Notes under the pieces: model-generated | Seen by the model: the letters and a program-made list of their open reading frames with translations, nothing else | Databases searched by the model: none | Told to the model about the DNA's origin: nothing | Assembly: GCA_021498095.1 (NCBI GenBank) | Contig: JAIZWK010000001.1 | Span: 30,001 to 62,000, forward strand | Direction of reading: 5' to 3' | Origin: Candidatus Harpocratesius repetitus | GTDB lineage: Archaea > Asgardarchaeota > Lokiarchaeia > Sigyniarchaeales > Promethearchaeaceae | Length of the DNA stretch: 32,000 nt | Program-made: the position numbers and the translations under genes | Part shown: one piece after another, positions 1 to 10,102 of the stretch | Numbering within the stretch: the stretch's first letter is position 1 | Layout: every line of letters starts with the position of its first letter

Positions 1-670
1 TCAAGCCGCGCACAAATACAATAATCCCAACGGTATTTGGAGGCACCATTGCATCCATTACTCCTGAAACCACAAAAAGGAGCCATCCTAAACCTATCAT
101 AAACGTTTTACGAACCCCTTTTTTTGGCATGTTGTTCTTTTTTAACTTTCTAGCAAGAAGAAAGAATCCTGCACTATCAATAGTAAGAACACTGATTAAT
201 GATATTGCAGTGACAATTAATGAAACTCCAGTATGACTTATATCTAAAAGTTCGCCTGTTTGAGAAAGTTGTTCTTCTTGAAATTGAGCATCACCAAATC
301 CAAACATGAAAATCCAATAAATAACCGCAATAATCCCATAAAATATGAAGGCAATTTTTTGATATTTAGGATAAAATACATTTAGTGCCATTTGTACGAT
401 TCCGATCGTTCCTATAGGCATCCAAACATAAGATAGAATATAATATAAGTATCCAGAAATGTTCTGACCTGTGATTAGCAACGAAATAAAACTTACAGAT
501 GGTCCTAAATAAAAGGAACCTGAACAAAAAGCGACTATTGCTACCATCGGGACTAACATTTTCTTTACATAAATATATTTAATCCAAAAAAGAATAGAGT
601 AAGTATATCCCAAAGCCAAAAGAATTAGCGAACTAATTCCGAGCACCCAACTAGTTAATATTATTTCCAC
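1..670 (-). CDS. Multi-pass membrane protein, 3'-truncated by the window edge (not in the ORF track)
   Basis: Manual translation from GTG at 670 (preceded by GGTGG, SD-like) is open for 223 codons to the window edge: MEIILTSWVLGISSLILLALGY...FMIGLGWLLFVVSGVMDAMVPP... It has about 6-7 hydrophobic segments. Confidence 0.8.
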   Translation of the reverse strand, partial: MEIILTSWVLGISSLILLALGYTYSILFWIKYIYVKKMLVPMVAIVAFCSGSFYLGPSVSFISLLITGQNISGYLYYILSYVWMPIGTIGIVQMALNVFYPKYQKIAFIFYGIIAVIYWIFMFGFGDAQFQEEQLSQTGELLDISHTGVSLIVTAISLISVLTIDSAGFFLLARKLKKNNMPKKGVRKTFMIGLGWLLFVVSGVMDAMVPPNTVGIIVFVRGL

Positions 671-1037
671 AATTAACCACCATTTTGTAAATAAAAAATT
701 ATGTTACTCTTATTCTTTCTTTAAGAATAAAACATTTTCTAAATCATAAAAAATCAATGTTTATTTCTTTCGAGGAAATGAACGAATTATGAATTCTTCG
801 ATATATTTGAGTTAAAAAGGGAAATAATTTTCCAAATAAAATCCCAATTTCAAATAATAGCACATATTCAACCTTAAATCTTTCTTAGGCCAACTTTATT
901 AAATGATTACAAAGAAATACATATTTTTATTAAGATTAATTCCCAAAAGCTTTTATTGAATAGCAATATTGCATGGCAATAAAATACCATTTACCAATAA
1001 CACATGGTTTTTACCAACATAATGGAAGTATTTTTAA

Positions 1038-2048
1038 ATGTCAATGAGTAATCGTTTGGGTGTGAAAGGTTTGGGAACATATCCCACAATAATACCGCAA
1101 AATACATATATAAATGATCTTAATAAGGTATACATTCCATTTAGGCCAATTCTTGAAGCAGAACTTATGATATCAGGAATTTTAGCGGTTCGTAATTATG
1201 AATTCTTGTTAAAACTACCGATTCGCTCTTTGGATGCAAATATAGTAATGAAAGAACTAGAATTAGGTGAAAATCACCTTTTTCAAAAGATATTAGAGCG
1301 ATTTTTTATAGTACTCAAAAGAATAATTCCTGTAGCATCAGAATTAGGTCCAAATAAGAAAAATGAACTACGTTATGGAAATGTCAATGCTTATACAGAA
1401 TCTAGAATCCCTCTCTTTTATTCTGTTGATCGACTTAAAATAAAAGTATTAATTCTAAGAAATTTCTTTTTATACTTGAAAGAACATCATTATCAATTAA
1501 ATTCATTTCCATCTTTTATTAGAAAGGCAGATAAATCCCTTTACGGTATTCTATTTGCCGAATATTATGAACGAATGTTAAAATACTTCCAAACAGTTGT
1601 GTGGGAACCCACATACAAAACAAATTATCTTAATACATACGATGATGTGAATTTTCGAGTTCTTTATGAATTGCATTCATTTCAACAAAAATCAAGTTTA
1701 AGTAAAGTTAATTATATAATACGTGGATTAAAATCGTCTCTATTTATTGCTAAATTAATATTTGAACTTTGCGATATTCCCCAACCATTTGAAACTGCTA
1801 ATGATGCTGTTGAGTCACTGATTTTAAACCGTGATTTTATTCCTGGTATGATAAATATAATGAATTCTGCCTACCGTATAGGTGATACTCTACGTTTGCA
1901 TGAAATTGTTGATTTATTTTTAGCGTATTTAAATAATATTTTAAAAGGTATTAATCATGGGATTTATTTAGCATCTAATAGGAAGATCATGCTAAATCTT
2001 GAAGATACAATATATTATATTGGAGATATCTTGGAATTTAAAGGTTAA
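1038..2048 (+). CDS. Hypothetical soluble protein, 336 aa
   Basis: Long ORF with ATG start and TAA stop, divergent from the 1-670 gene. No motif recognised. Confidence 0.75.
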   Translation: MSMSNRLGVKGLGTYPTIIPQNTYINDLNKVYIPFRPILEAELMISGILAVRNYEFLLKLPIRSLDANIVMKELELGENHLFQKILERFFIVLKRIIPVASELGPNKKNELRYGNVNAYTESRIPLFYSVDRLKIKVLILRNFFLYLKEHHYQLNSFPSFIRKADKSLYGILFAEYYERMLKYFQTVVWEPTYKTNYLNTYDDVNFRVLYELHSFQQKSSLSKVNYIIRGLKSSLFIAKLIFELCDIPQPFETANDAVESLILNRDFIPGMINIMNSAYRIGDTLRLHEIVDLFLAYLNNILKGINHGIYLASNRKIMLNLEDTIYYIGDILEFKG

Positions 2049-2314
2049 AAACAATTAGTAATTACTAAAATCTAAAATTTGAGCAAAAAAGGACAAAACA
2101 CCAAAAAATAAGCAAATTTCAGAGAATTCACAAATATATTCACGATTATTTTTTAAAAATTCGACGCACCCCATTTTTTTTGATTTTATCTCTTTTTTTT
2201 GATAATTTTTTTTCGTTCTTTTTTTTCTGAGTTCCCAATGAAATAACTTTTTTTACATTTTCCTCATCTACCATCTGGTTTTGGTATATTTTAAGCACGT
2301 TACAATTTAATAGT

Positions 2315-3373
2315 CTAAGAAAATTCATCCATAAGCCAATCGCGATATTCTTGGAACGTCATTTGGTGATTAGAGAAGATTTGATCTCTTTCAATCTGCC
2401 AATAATTGAACAATAAATATTTGCCCATTTCACCAAAGAGTCGAGTTCCATCTCTATTTGACCGCCAAAGTCCTTTGTGAATGTTTACATCACGAAACGC
2501 TGTCTCAATTTGCCATCTCATTTTGTAATATCGCTTGATTAGGTACACGAAAGACTTTGAGCGATATTGTGGTGCAATAGTCGTAATTAAGCCATATAAT
2601 TGTTCACATGTTTCATTTAAACTTAATTGTCCTTGTCGATAGGCGTATTTCAAATCATTTAAATTCTGTTTTCCTCGAGGAAATAAATGAACCCAGCAAC
2701 GTGTAAATTTTCGCTTTTGGTTCGTTTTATTCTTAGTTCCTATTGTGAAGGCTTGAATTCTCTCTTTATTTCCTAAAATATACTCTTTTTTTGCTTTTTT
2801 AAGTTGTTTGTAGTTTTTTGCAGGTGTTATTACAGGAATTCCCCGATCTTTGAATGATTTTAAAATATTCTGACGGTAATATTCACGATCAATCACACAA
2901 ACTTTGATTTCTAGTCCCAAATTTATTAACCAATCAGTAATATCAAGCATATATGGAATTTTTGATTCTCCTCTTGCCACATGATGACATTCTACAAAAA
3001 GAGATTTATGCAGTCCATGAATCATCGCTCCATGATAATGACGGATCCTTCTGGTTCCTTTTACCATTCTACTACCTTTTATCTTTAAATCTCTACGTTT
3101 TCCTCAATAACCGAGATAAATAAGGTCAAATTCTAACATGACAGGATGGGTTTTCCGATTTTTAAGAAAAACCAATCGAATCATTTTTTCAAATATAATT
3201 CGATAGATATCTTCTACATTGAAAAGCGTCTGTGTCCGTAACCAATCGTATATCGTAGTTTGGTGTGGAAAAGCACAGGATTTACGACCATCATGATATT
3301 CACGAGGTTGAAATCCTAAAAATTTCTGTGCCCACCTATTTAACTTTTCACAAGCGTGATTTATATTAACTAA
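2315..3373 (-). pseudogene. IS4-superfamily (ISH3-like) DDE transposase remnant, 5'-truncated, with an in-frame TGA at 3104-3106
   Basis: ORF 2315-3067 has VIDREYY, VITPAK and YKMRWQIETAFRD (DDE_Tnp_1-type motifs). The same frame continues upstream as ...PHQTTIYDWL...LEFDLIYLGY*GKRRD, which carries the first catalytic Asp. No start codon or TIR was found. Confidence 0.8.
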
Positions 3374-4444
3374 TCAATCTAGCACAATTTTAAGAAAGGG
3401 AAATCGTAATTTCAAAAGTTGATGAGTATTTTCAATTCCTTCTAAATTAAGGAAATTATCTTTATATATATTTGGAAACTGTTGATTAAACTGAATTAGA
3501 AATTGTTTCATTGCACGAGCTAAAATAAAAGTAGGCTGTTCAGTTGCAACAACAACCATAATCGAATTATCTGTAAAGAAAAGAAGTGAAAAATCATCAC
3601 TGTGAATCATCTTAATTGGGTGTTCTGATTGAAAAAGTGATTTAAAAATAGAATGAAAAGCCGAAAATATTCCACTAAGGATACTATCTTGTATTTTTTT
3701 TTTTTTTGAAGTTTTAAAGCTTGCTTTATATATTTTTAAACCAGAAAGTGTATATATTCCCAGGAAATAAATATCATGCGGAAGACGGATAATATATTTA
3801 ATATTAATAATATAGAGAATTAGAAATGTTATAATTGATACAAGTGCGAGTAAATTACAAGCGAATAAAATTGGAGACAAACCTGTTAACTTTAAATGTG
3901 AAATGTTTTTTTCTGGAAGAAAGAATATCATATTCCAAATTTCTCGATATATCCGAGGTAAAAAACCAATCATCATGAAAAATTGAGTACTCATAAAAAC
4001 AAAAGCTAATGATTCTTTAGTTTTTTCATAGATTTGCCAGTAAATAAAGACACCTTGAATCCCAAATACATAAAAACCGAGAAAATCATAGGCCAAACGA
4101 GAAGCTGTAATAATTATAGTTCCATCTGCATATGAAACATCATTTTCATAGAAAAAATGAATCCATACTCCAATAAACATAATTGCAACCAAACTTGAAA
4201 CAATGACCAAACTAATAATCTTAGGTCTAACTCTAACAAGAGAGTCTAAAAACATAAACATGAAGAATAGATAGAAACAAAACAAAGTGATATGAATCGC
4301 AAACATCAAGTTCATCATCTTGTAATTACCAGCATTTTCAAAATGATACATTACGTTTTCAAAAGTTATACCGAAAAATGAAGATGTTATTGAAATGAAT
4401 AGATAAGAGACATAATATTGATATTTAACGCCTTTAACAATCAA
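3374..4444 (-). CDS. Multi-TM membrane protein with C-terminal longin/roadblock-like domain; true start probably ATG 4522, interrupted by TGA at 4514-4516
   Basis: About 6 hydrophobic helices, then IYFLGIYTLSGLKIY...DSILSGIFSAFHSIFK...LLFFTDNSIMVVVAT...LARAMKQFLIQFNQQF, matching the longin-type pattern common in Asgard proteins. The upstream in-frame sequence ME*RNLDFNLILNWIGTFFIGLIVVIL supplies another TM helix. Confidence 0.7.
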   Translation of the reverse strand: MIVKGVKYQYYVSYLFISITSSFFGITFENVMYHFENAGNYKMMNLMFAIHITLFCFYLFFMFMFLDSLVRVRPKIISLVIVSSLVAIMFIGVWIHFFYENDVSYADGTIIITASRLAYDFLGFYVFGIQGVFIYWQIYEKTKESLAFVFMSTQFFMMIGFLPRIYREIWNMIFFLPEKNISHLKLTGLSPILFACNLLALVSIITFLILYIINIKYIIRLPHDIYFLGIYTLSGLKIYKASFKTSKKKKIQDSILSGIFSAFHSIFKSLFQSEHPIKMIHSDDFSLLFFTDNSIMVVVATEQPTFILARAMKQFLIQFNQQFPNIYKDNFLNLEGIENTHQLLKLRFPFLKIVLD

Positions 4445-5086
4445 AATAACTACAATTAATCCAATAAAAAATGTTCCAATCCAATTAAGTATTAAGTTGA
4501 AATCCAGATTTCTTCACTCCATTAAAATTTTTATCCAAATATAGGCAGTAGATTTTCATTTATTGGAATTTAATTTTATTTTATAAGCAATTCTTTCAAT
4601 CATAAGTTTGTAATAAATTATATATAGTAATTAAATGGATTTACAAGAATGTTTCTGCTATTTATGTGACACTTGATTAGCTTGAAGTTTGATAGCCCAT
4701 ATAAGATAATATATATTAACATCTATCTATTTTAAACAATTTCTAATTCTATTTTTCAAAAAATACGATTTTGTAGTAAAAGTTATATTTAGTTTTAACC
4801 TCTATATCTAATTTGGTGTAAATTAGAAAAGGTAAATAAAAAAAAGAGAATATTAATGGTAGAATATCCACAATATTTATATATAACTTGGATAAACTAC
4901 CAAACACAATTATATCGAGAATTGATCAGATTAGGAAATACATGCAAAAAATCGACATAAAAGAAACTTTGCAATTTGTAAACATCTGATAAAAATTCTC
5001 GACATAATTGGGGGGATTCTCTATTCATTGAAATCAAATAACGTAGTTTTTGATGGAAAAGGGAAGAATTCTTTGATGTGATTAAT

Positions 5087-6748
5087 ATGAAAGGAAAAAA
5101 AATACGACTTGCTCTTGTGATATCAACTTTAATTTTGGTTTCGGTGATTTCAACAATCACAATTCGATCAGTATCTGCAACCAAAACTAATGCATCAAGA
5201 GCATTTAGCTTAGCAACCCAGAATACAGATACATTTACTGGAAGCGTGGCGCGATATGAAGTTGATTATTTTGAGATTGCAAATGTCGAACCAGGCTTAA
5301 TGGAATTATCTGTTTCATGGGGAAATAGCTATGACATCGATTGTTACATCTGTGAAACTGCTGATTATACCAATTACTTAGCGCGTGGTTATACAACCAG
5401 CAATCCTGAAACATGTTCCTATAATATACAAACTGCAGGAACTTACTATATTGCTGTTCGTATGTATACATGGTATGCATCTAGTACTAGTTACACAGCC
5501 ACAGTTACCTATTATTCAGGAAGTAGCGGAGGGGATACGATTGCTCCTTCAGTCTCAATTACTGATCCAGTTAATGGAGCAACTGTTAGTGGATCAATTT
5601 CTATTACAGCTACTGCTTCAGATAATGTTGGTGTAGACTATGTTCAATGCAAAGTTGATTCAGGAACGTGGGTTCAAGATTCTACCAGTCCCTATTCTTG
5701 GTCTCTTGATACTACAGCAATTTCAGATGGATCTCATATAATTTATGTTGAAGCATATGATGCTGCGGGGAATGTTGGAACAGATTCAATTACAATAAAT
5801 GTCGATAACTCGGGAGGCACAAACAATCAACTTACAAGTGGACAAACTGTAACTGGAAATTTAGCTGCTCAATATGATACAGAAATGTGGTATATTATTG
5901 TAAATGAAGGAGCCACCTCCATGCGCACTGTTTTAACATGTGGAAGTGCAGATTTTGATGTTTATGGAAGATTGGGAGCAGAACCAACGACAACAACCTA
6001 TGATTGGCGTGGTTATACGAGTGGAGGAGAAGATGTTACTTTTAATAATCCTGAAGCAGGAACATGGTACATAATGGTCAGATCATATTCTGGAACTGGA
6101 GATTATCAATTGACTGTAACTGTTGAAGAACCTCTACAGCCAAATCCGGATCCTGAAAAAATTGCAGTTTTCTTCTGGGCTAGTGATGCTGGTGCACAAT
6201 GGATCATTGATGAATATTGGGGTGTTCTACAAAATGAAGGATACAGCATAATTTTCAATTTTGAAGATACAAGTGATTTCGCAGCTGATTTTGCCACTGT
6301 AGATAACTACGTTGGTAGTGAAGATACTGTATTTTTCTATCTATTTGGTCATGGAAACAATGATGGTACAGATTCTTATACTGCTTTTGCACCTAGTAGT
6401 AGTATTGTGTATTCAAGTCAATTTCGAACATTAATGGATGGAATTGATACAGTACGCAAGGCGTTTCTTATTGAATCATGTCATTCTGGTGGTTTTCCTG
6501 AAGATTTTCAAGCTGCACCATATTTAGCAATGTCCACCTCCGACCAAACACACAACGCCTATGCTGTTGGAACTTTACCAAATGAAGGTATATTCTCAAA
6601 TGCATTCTTCAATCATGTGGCTGATGGTTATAACGCTGTTGAATCATTTTACTACGCTCGACAAGTTGTTTTTGATGGAGCAACCAGCGATACATATATG
6701 CAATATCCGTTAATTTCGGATTATTCTGATTATGTGTGGTTTGCATAA
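5087..6748 (+). CDS. Secreted clan CD (caspase/legumain-fold) cysteine peptidase with PPC - Ig-like - PPC N-terminal domains
   Basis: Signal peptide MKGKKIRLALVIST..., two PPC-like domains (YDIDCYI...AGTYYIAVRMY; ADFDVYGR...AGTWYIMVRSY), an Ig-like domain (DTIAPSVSITDP...YVEAYDAAGNVG) and a His/Cys dyad in FFYLFGHG and FLIESCHSGGF. ATG 5087 is preferred over GTG 5078. Confidence 0.8.
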   Translation: MKGKKIRLALVISTLILVSVISTITIRSVSATKTNASRAFSLATQNTDTFTGSVARYEVDYFEIANVEPGLMELSVSWGNSYDIDCYICETADYTNYLARGYTTSNPETCSYNIQTAGTYYIAVRMYTWYASSTSYTATVTYYSGSSGGDTIAPSVSITDPVNGATVSGSISITATASDNVGVDYVQCKVDSGTWVQDSTSPYSWSLDTTAISDGSHIIYVEAYDAAGNVGTDSITINVDNSGGTNNQLTSGQTVTGNLAAQYDTEMWYIIVNEGATSMRTVLTCGSADFDVYGRLGAEPTTTTYDWRGYTSGGEDVTFNNPEAGTWYIMVRSYSGTGDYQLTVTVEEPLQPNPDPEKIAVFFWASDAGAQWIIDEYWGVLQNEGYSIIFNFEDTSDFAADFATVDNYVGSEDTVFFYLFGHGNNDGTDSYTAFAPSSSIVYSSQFRTLMDGIDTVRKAFLIESCHSGGFPEDFQAAPYLAMSTSDQTHNAYAVGTLPNEGIFSNAFFNHVADGYNAVESFYYARQVVFDGATSDTYMQYPLISDYSDYVWFA

Positions 6749-6773
6749 ATAGAATTTGAAGTTTGATAGGAAC

Positions 6774-6792
6774 TTTTTTTTATTTTTTTTTT
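6774..6792 (+). terminator. T-tract, candidate archaeal intrinsic terminator
   Basis: T8-A-T10 run about 25 nt after the peptidase stop codon. Confidence 0.4.
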
Positions 6793-6994
6793 ACTTAAAG
6801 TTCATTTGTATGTTCGTTCAGAGAAAATTTGTTGGAAGTGTTATCGAGATTATTTTTAATGAGGGATATATTCACATTGATAAAAAAATACTTCTTTAAA
6901 GCGATTTCTCAATTTTCCATTAAAATCCTAATCAGATACAGAATTGTGATTATTTAGCATCCTTTTTTATAATACTTTAACAGAGATCATTTTA

Positions 6995-8371
6995 ATGAAA
7001 GAAAGAGAATCAAACAACTCGTTATCAACTAAGAGTTTAACTAAACCCATAGGAGTTACTCCTATTCGAATGCAAACATGGCTAGTTATTGCCTTACTCG
7101 GTGTTGCAGGGCAAATTGCTTGGGCAGTAGAAAATTCATGGTTTAATGTTTTCGTTTATGATGAAATCACCGAAGACCCCACCCCTGTTGCATGGATGGT
7201 AGCGGTTAGTGCCATAACAGCTACTGTTACCACCATTTTAATCGGAGCACTGAGCGATCGAACCAGATCGAAAATGGGGAAGAGAAAACCCTACATTTTG
7301 TTTGGATATGTTTTATGGGGAATCATTACAGCTCTTTTTCCAATGGTAGAATTAATTCAACGGTTGAGTGTGGCAGTTTTTATGGTTGTTTTCATGGATG
7401 CAGTTATGACTTTTTTTGGTTCTACTGCTAATGATGCTTGCTTTAATGCATGGATTACAGATATCACCGATCATACCAATCGAGGTAGAGTGCAGGGAAT
7501 TCTGATGATGACTACTTTAATCGCTAATTTAATTGCTATTGGTGCTTCAGGATTCATCATTGACACATATGGATATTTTATTTTCTTTTATTTTTTAGGG
7601 GGATTTGTCTCTATTGCAGGTTTTATTGCAGGTATTTTAGTCAAAGAACCACCACAAAATTATCCAAATAATGTAATGATTTCTGAAACACCAGAGTTGA
7701 CAACTCAGCAAAAAGTTAAAAAATCATTTTGGGAAGATATTACATACGCTTTTAAACCAGACACGATAAAAAGCCACCCTTTACTTTATGTCCTCCTCTC
7801 CACTATGGCTTTAATCAATATTGGGGGTCAGGTCTCAGCACCATATCTTTTTGTGTATTTAGAAAATTATCTGGAATTTTCTAAGGGCGATGTATCAATT
7901 GTGGGTGGTGTGGTTATTCTCATTGCTGCAATCGTTTCTGTACTATATGGATTAATCAGTCACAGGATGCAACGACATTTAGTACTCTTATTTACAATTC
8001 TTGGTAATGGAATATTATCGCTATTATTTGCATTGATCAAAGAGATAATTCCTATCATCTTACTTTATTCAGTGGTTCTATCTCTTCAAATGATTAACAG
8101 CATCGTGTTGGAGTCTTGGATTCAAGATTTATATCCACCTGATGATCGAGGAAAATTCCAAGGTATTCGAATGGTGGCTTTCGTAGCGATCCCTATGATT
8201 TTTGGTCCGATTATTGGAAATTTGGTTATTCATCATTATGGAATTCCAAGTTTAACTCAAGAAGGTGGATATATTCCTACTCCTGAAATTTTTATATATG
8301 GAGGTTTAGTCAGTCTTTTTGCTTTGATTCCAGCTGCAATCATAATATTTTACAGAAAGACTCGAAAATAG
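6995..8371 (+). CDS. MFS transporter (GPH/sugar-type), 458 aa
   Basis: About 12 TM helices. Motifs GALSDRTRSKMGKRKPYIL, AWITDIT...RGRVQG and DLYPPDDRGKFQG. Confidence 0.9.
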   Translation: MKERESNNSLSTKSLTKPIGVTPIRMQTWLVIALLGVAGQIAWAVENSWFNVFVYDEITEDPTPVAWMVAVSAITATVTTILIGALSDRTRSKMGKRKPYILFGYVLWGIITALFPMVELIQRLSVAVFMVVFMDAVMTFFGSTANDACFNAWITDITDHTNRGRVQGILMMTTLIANLIAIGASGFIIDTYGYFIFFYFLGGFVSIAGFIAGILVKEPPQNYPNNVMISETPELTTQQKVKKSFWEDITYAFKPDTIKSHPLLYVLLSTMALINIGGQVSAPYLFVYLENYLEFSKGDVSIVGGVVILIAAIVSVLYGLISHRMQRHLVLLFTILGNGILSLLFALIKEIIPIILLYSVVLSLQMINSIVLESWIQDLYPPDDRGKFQGIRMVAFVAIPMIFGPIIGNLVIHHYGIPSLTQEGGYIPTPEIFIYGGLVSLFALIPAAIIIFYRKTRK

Positions 8372-8372
8372 A

Positions 8373-8397
8373 TTTTTTTTTACTTTAACAAAAAAAA
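8373..8397. terminator. Bidirectional T-tract/A-tract between convergent genes
   Basis: T9 on + after the MFS stop, and A8 (T8 on -) after the AbiEii stop. Confidence 0.4.
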
Positions 8398-8414
8398 TTA
8401 AGTAGAGATAAAAT

Positions 8415-9179
8415 TTATAGGTGATTTTTTATGATTTCAGATATTTGATTAGATATTTGGTTAAATGGGGGTATCTTTTGCCATACTATTGGCTGAATAA
8501 TTCGTTTCCATTTCTTTTGAGAAAAATTCAAACATTCAAGAAATTTATTTAGATCCCATTGAATATTATAATAATTTAATTTTGATTGAACTAATTTCAA
8601 ATTGAATTTAACTCCCTTTATCAGTAAAAACCAGAGGTCGAAAATATCTCGAGCACGTGTTCTACTCATAACTGCACGGATTTTTTCTGCCAAAATTTCT
8701 TGTAAATCCATAAAAGATATAAAAAAAGGGAGTATATCTGGAAAAATGGGTTGAAAATATTCCTTTTTTGCTGAAAGTATTACTTTTTCTCGAAAACTTA
8801 TTTCAATTTTTAGATAACTTGTACTTTTTTCACTCTCATATAATGGACCCTTTGCTCCGATCCGAAAAGAACTGCTAATATCTGTTTCTTTTATATTATC
8901 AATATTTGAAAAAATCCCATAATTTGCTAATTCATTTTGAATTATTTTTGAAAGTTTGCTAATTGGAGTGGTTTCAGCCTTCAATGAAGTAAAATCGAGA
9001 TCTTCTGAAAACCGGGGAAGATGGGCAAACATCATTAAAGCAGTTCCTCCTTTGAAAATGATTTCAGTTTTTGAATAAATCGCTTGTAAGACAATCGTCT
9101 GAAGATAAGATTTTTCAAGGTGATATAAACTCTTTTTATTCGTCCGAGCAATTTTTTCTAATTCTTCACGCAATATCAT
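8415..9179 (-). CDS. abiEii: AbiEii-family nucleotidyltransferase toxin (type IV TA)
   Basis: IIFKGGTALMMFAHLPRFSEDLDF and EILAEKIRA...RARDIFDLWFL motifs. ATGA overlap with the upstream gene. Confidence 0.9.
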   Translation of the reverse strand: MILREELEKIARTNKKSLYHLEKSYLQTIVLQAIYSKTEIIFKGGTALMMFAHLPRFSEDLDFTSLKAETTPISKLSKIIQNELANYGIFSNIDNIKETDISSSFRIGAKGPLYESEKSTSYLKIEISFREKVILSAKKEYFQPIFPDILPFFISFMDLQEILAEKIRAVMSRTRARDIFDLWFLLIKGVKFNLKLVQSKLNYYNIQWDLNKFLECLNFSQKKWKRIIQPIVWQKIPPFNQISNQISEIIKNHL

Positions 9180-9895
9180 TGATTATCAACCCCAAGTTCT
9201 TCATTTACATATATTCTCCATTTATAATTGAAAACTCCCTTATAATTATTATCAGGTACTAATTTATAAACTGTAGTTGATTTTCGTTTTAACGATGTTG
9301 GGATTCCAAGAAAATCCAATAATACACCCAAACGACTGATTACAGCTTCAGATTTCATCTGAATTGCATATTTTTCAATCAATGCCAAATTGAATCCCTC
9401 ACGAAGAGCAGAAAGTAAATCGTTAATATGGATATAACTAGGTAAATACAATGCGTCCAACACTGCTTTTTCAAGATCTGCAACTAAATAAAAAGAATTG
9501 CGATAGACGATTTTGCGATATCCAAATATAAGAGTGGGTTTAATTTTTAAAAAATAGACATTATACTGATTTAAAATTCGACTCGGACTATGAATTTTTT
9601 TAGAAGTAATGACATAATAATCGTTAATCATTTGATCGAACCTATTATGAAGGAACAATGCAGTTGTAAGTGAAAAGTATGAAGGTTGGTAAAGTTGTGT
9701 GGCTATAAGTAGTGGATCGTCTATTAAGGCAAATTTACCTTTATATACAGAATAGATTTGCTGTTTTTGTTTCATCCGATTAATAAGAATATAGGCTGAT
9801 CGAAGATTAATTCCAGCAAGATGAGAGAGTTCTCTCGGAGTAAATACATTTTTTTTTGTTTTTTCTAACTTTTGAAGGAGTTCATACCGATTCAT
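9176..9895 (-). CDS. abiEi: AbiEi-family antitoxin / winged-helix regulator (type IV TA)
   Basis: N-terminal wHTH (VFTPRELSHLAG...RMKQKQQIYSVYKGKF), PSYFSLTTALFLH and VADLEKAVLDALY. Translationally coupled to the toxin. Confidence 0.85.
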   Translation of the reverse strand: MNRYELLQKLEKTKKNVFTPRELSHLAGINLRSAYILINRMKQKQQIYSVYKGKFALIDDPLLIATQLYQPSYFSLTTALFLHNRFDQMINDYYVITSKKIHSPSRILNQYNVYFLKIKPTLIFGYRKIVYRNSFYLVADLEKAVLDALYLPSYIHINDLLSALREGFNLALIEKYAIQMKSEAVISRLGVLLDFLGIPTSLKRKSTTVYKLVPDNNYKGVFNYKWRIYVNEELGVDNQ

Positions 9896-9913
9896 TACTG
9901 CTCATCCATATTA

Positions 9914-9955
9914 TTATGATAATTTTTATTATTTATATTTACCGTAAAATCATAA
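9914..9955 (-). promoter_or_regulatory. Candidate abiE promoter/operator: TATA-like box flanked by a 7-bp inverted repeat
   Basis: TTATGAT (9914-9920) and ATCATAA (9949-9955) flank TATAAATA on the - strand (9937-9930). The local sequence is very AT-rich, so chance is possible. Confidence 0.3.
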
Positions 9956-10102
9956 CAATTTTAATATGATTCTATACACAAAACGAAAAAGTAATACAAA
10001 AAAGAATGCAGTTATAATAGAAGAATTATATAAGAATTTTCTTAAAAGTTATAATTAAGCATCTTATCTACTTTTTATACTTGTAATAATTAAAGATTCA
10101 AA

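Noticed and set aside
2055-2068. Perfect 14-bp palindrome TTAGTAATTACTAA after the hypothetical gene
   Set aside because: Nearly all A/T in an AT-rich genome, with no second copy or supporting context.
2146-2328. 60-aa Lys-rich ORF after the transposase
   Set aside because: Arises from A/T homopolymer runs, overlaps the transposase stop and has no motif.
3104-4516. Genome-wide TGA=Trp recoding or selenocysteine insertion
   Set aside because: TGA acts as a real stop in the abiEi/abiEii ATGA overlap (9176-9179) and TGG is used freely. The two sites are not redox or catalytic Cys positions typical of selenoproteins.
4897-6297. Short ORFs 4897-5184, 5235-5480, 5385-5636, 6106-6297
   Set aside because: Antisense or alternate-frame shadows of the peptidase gene.
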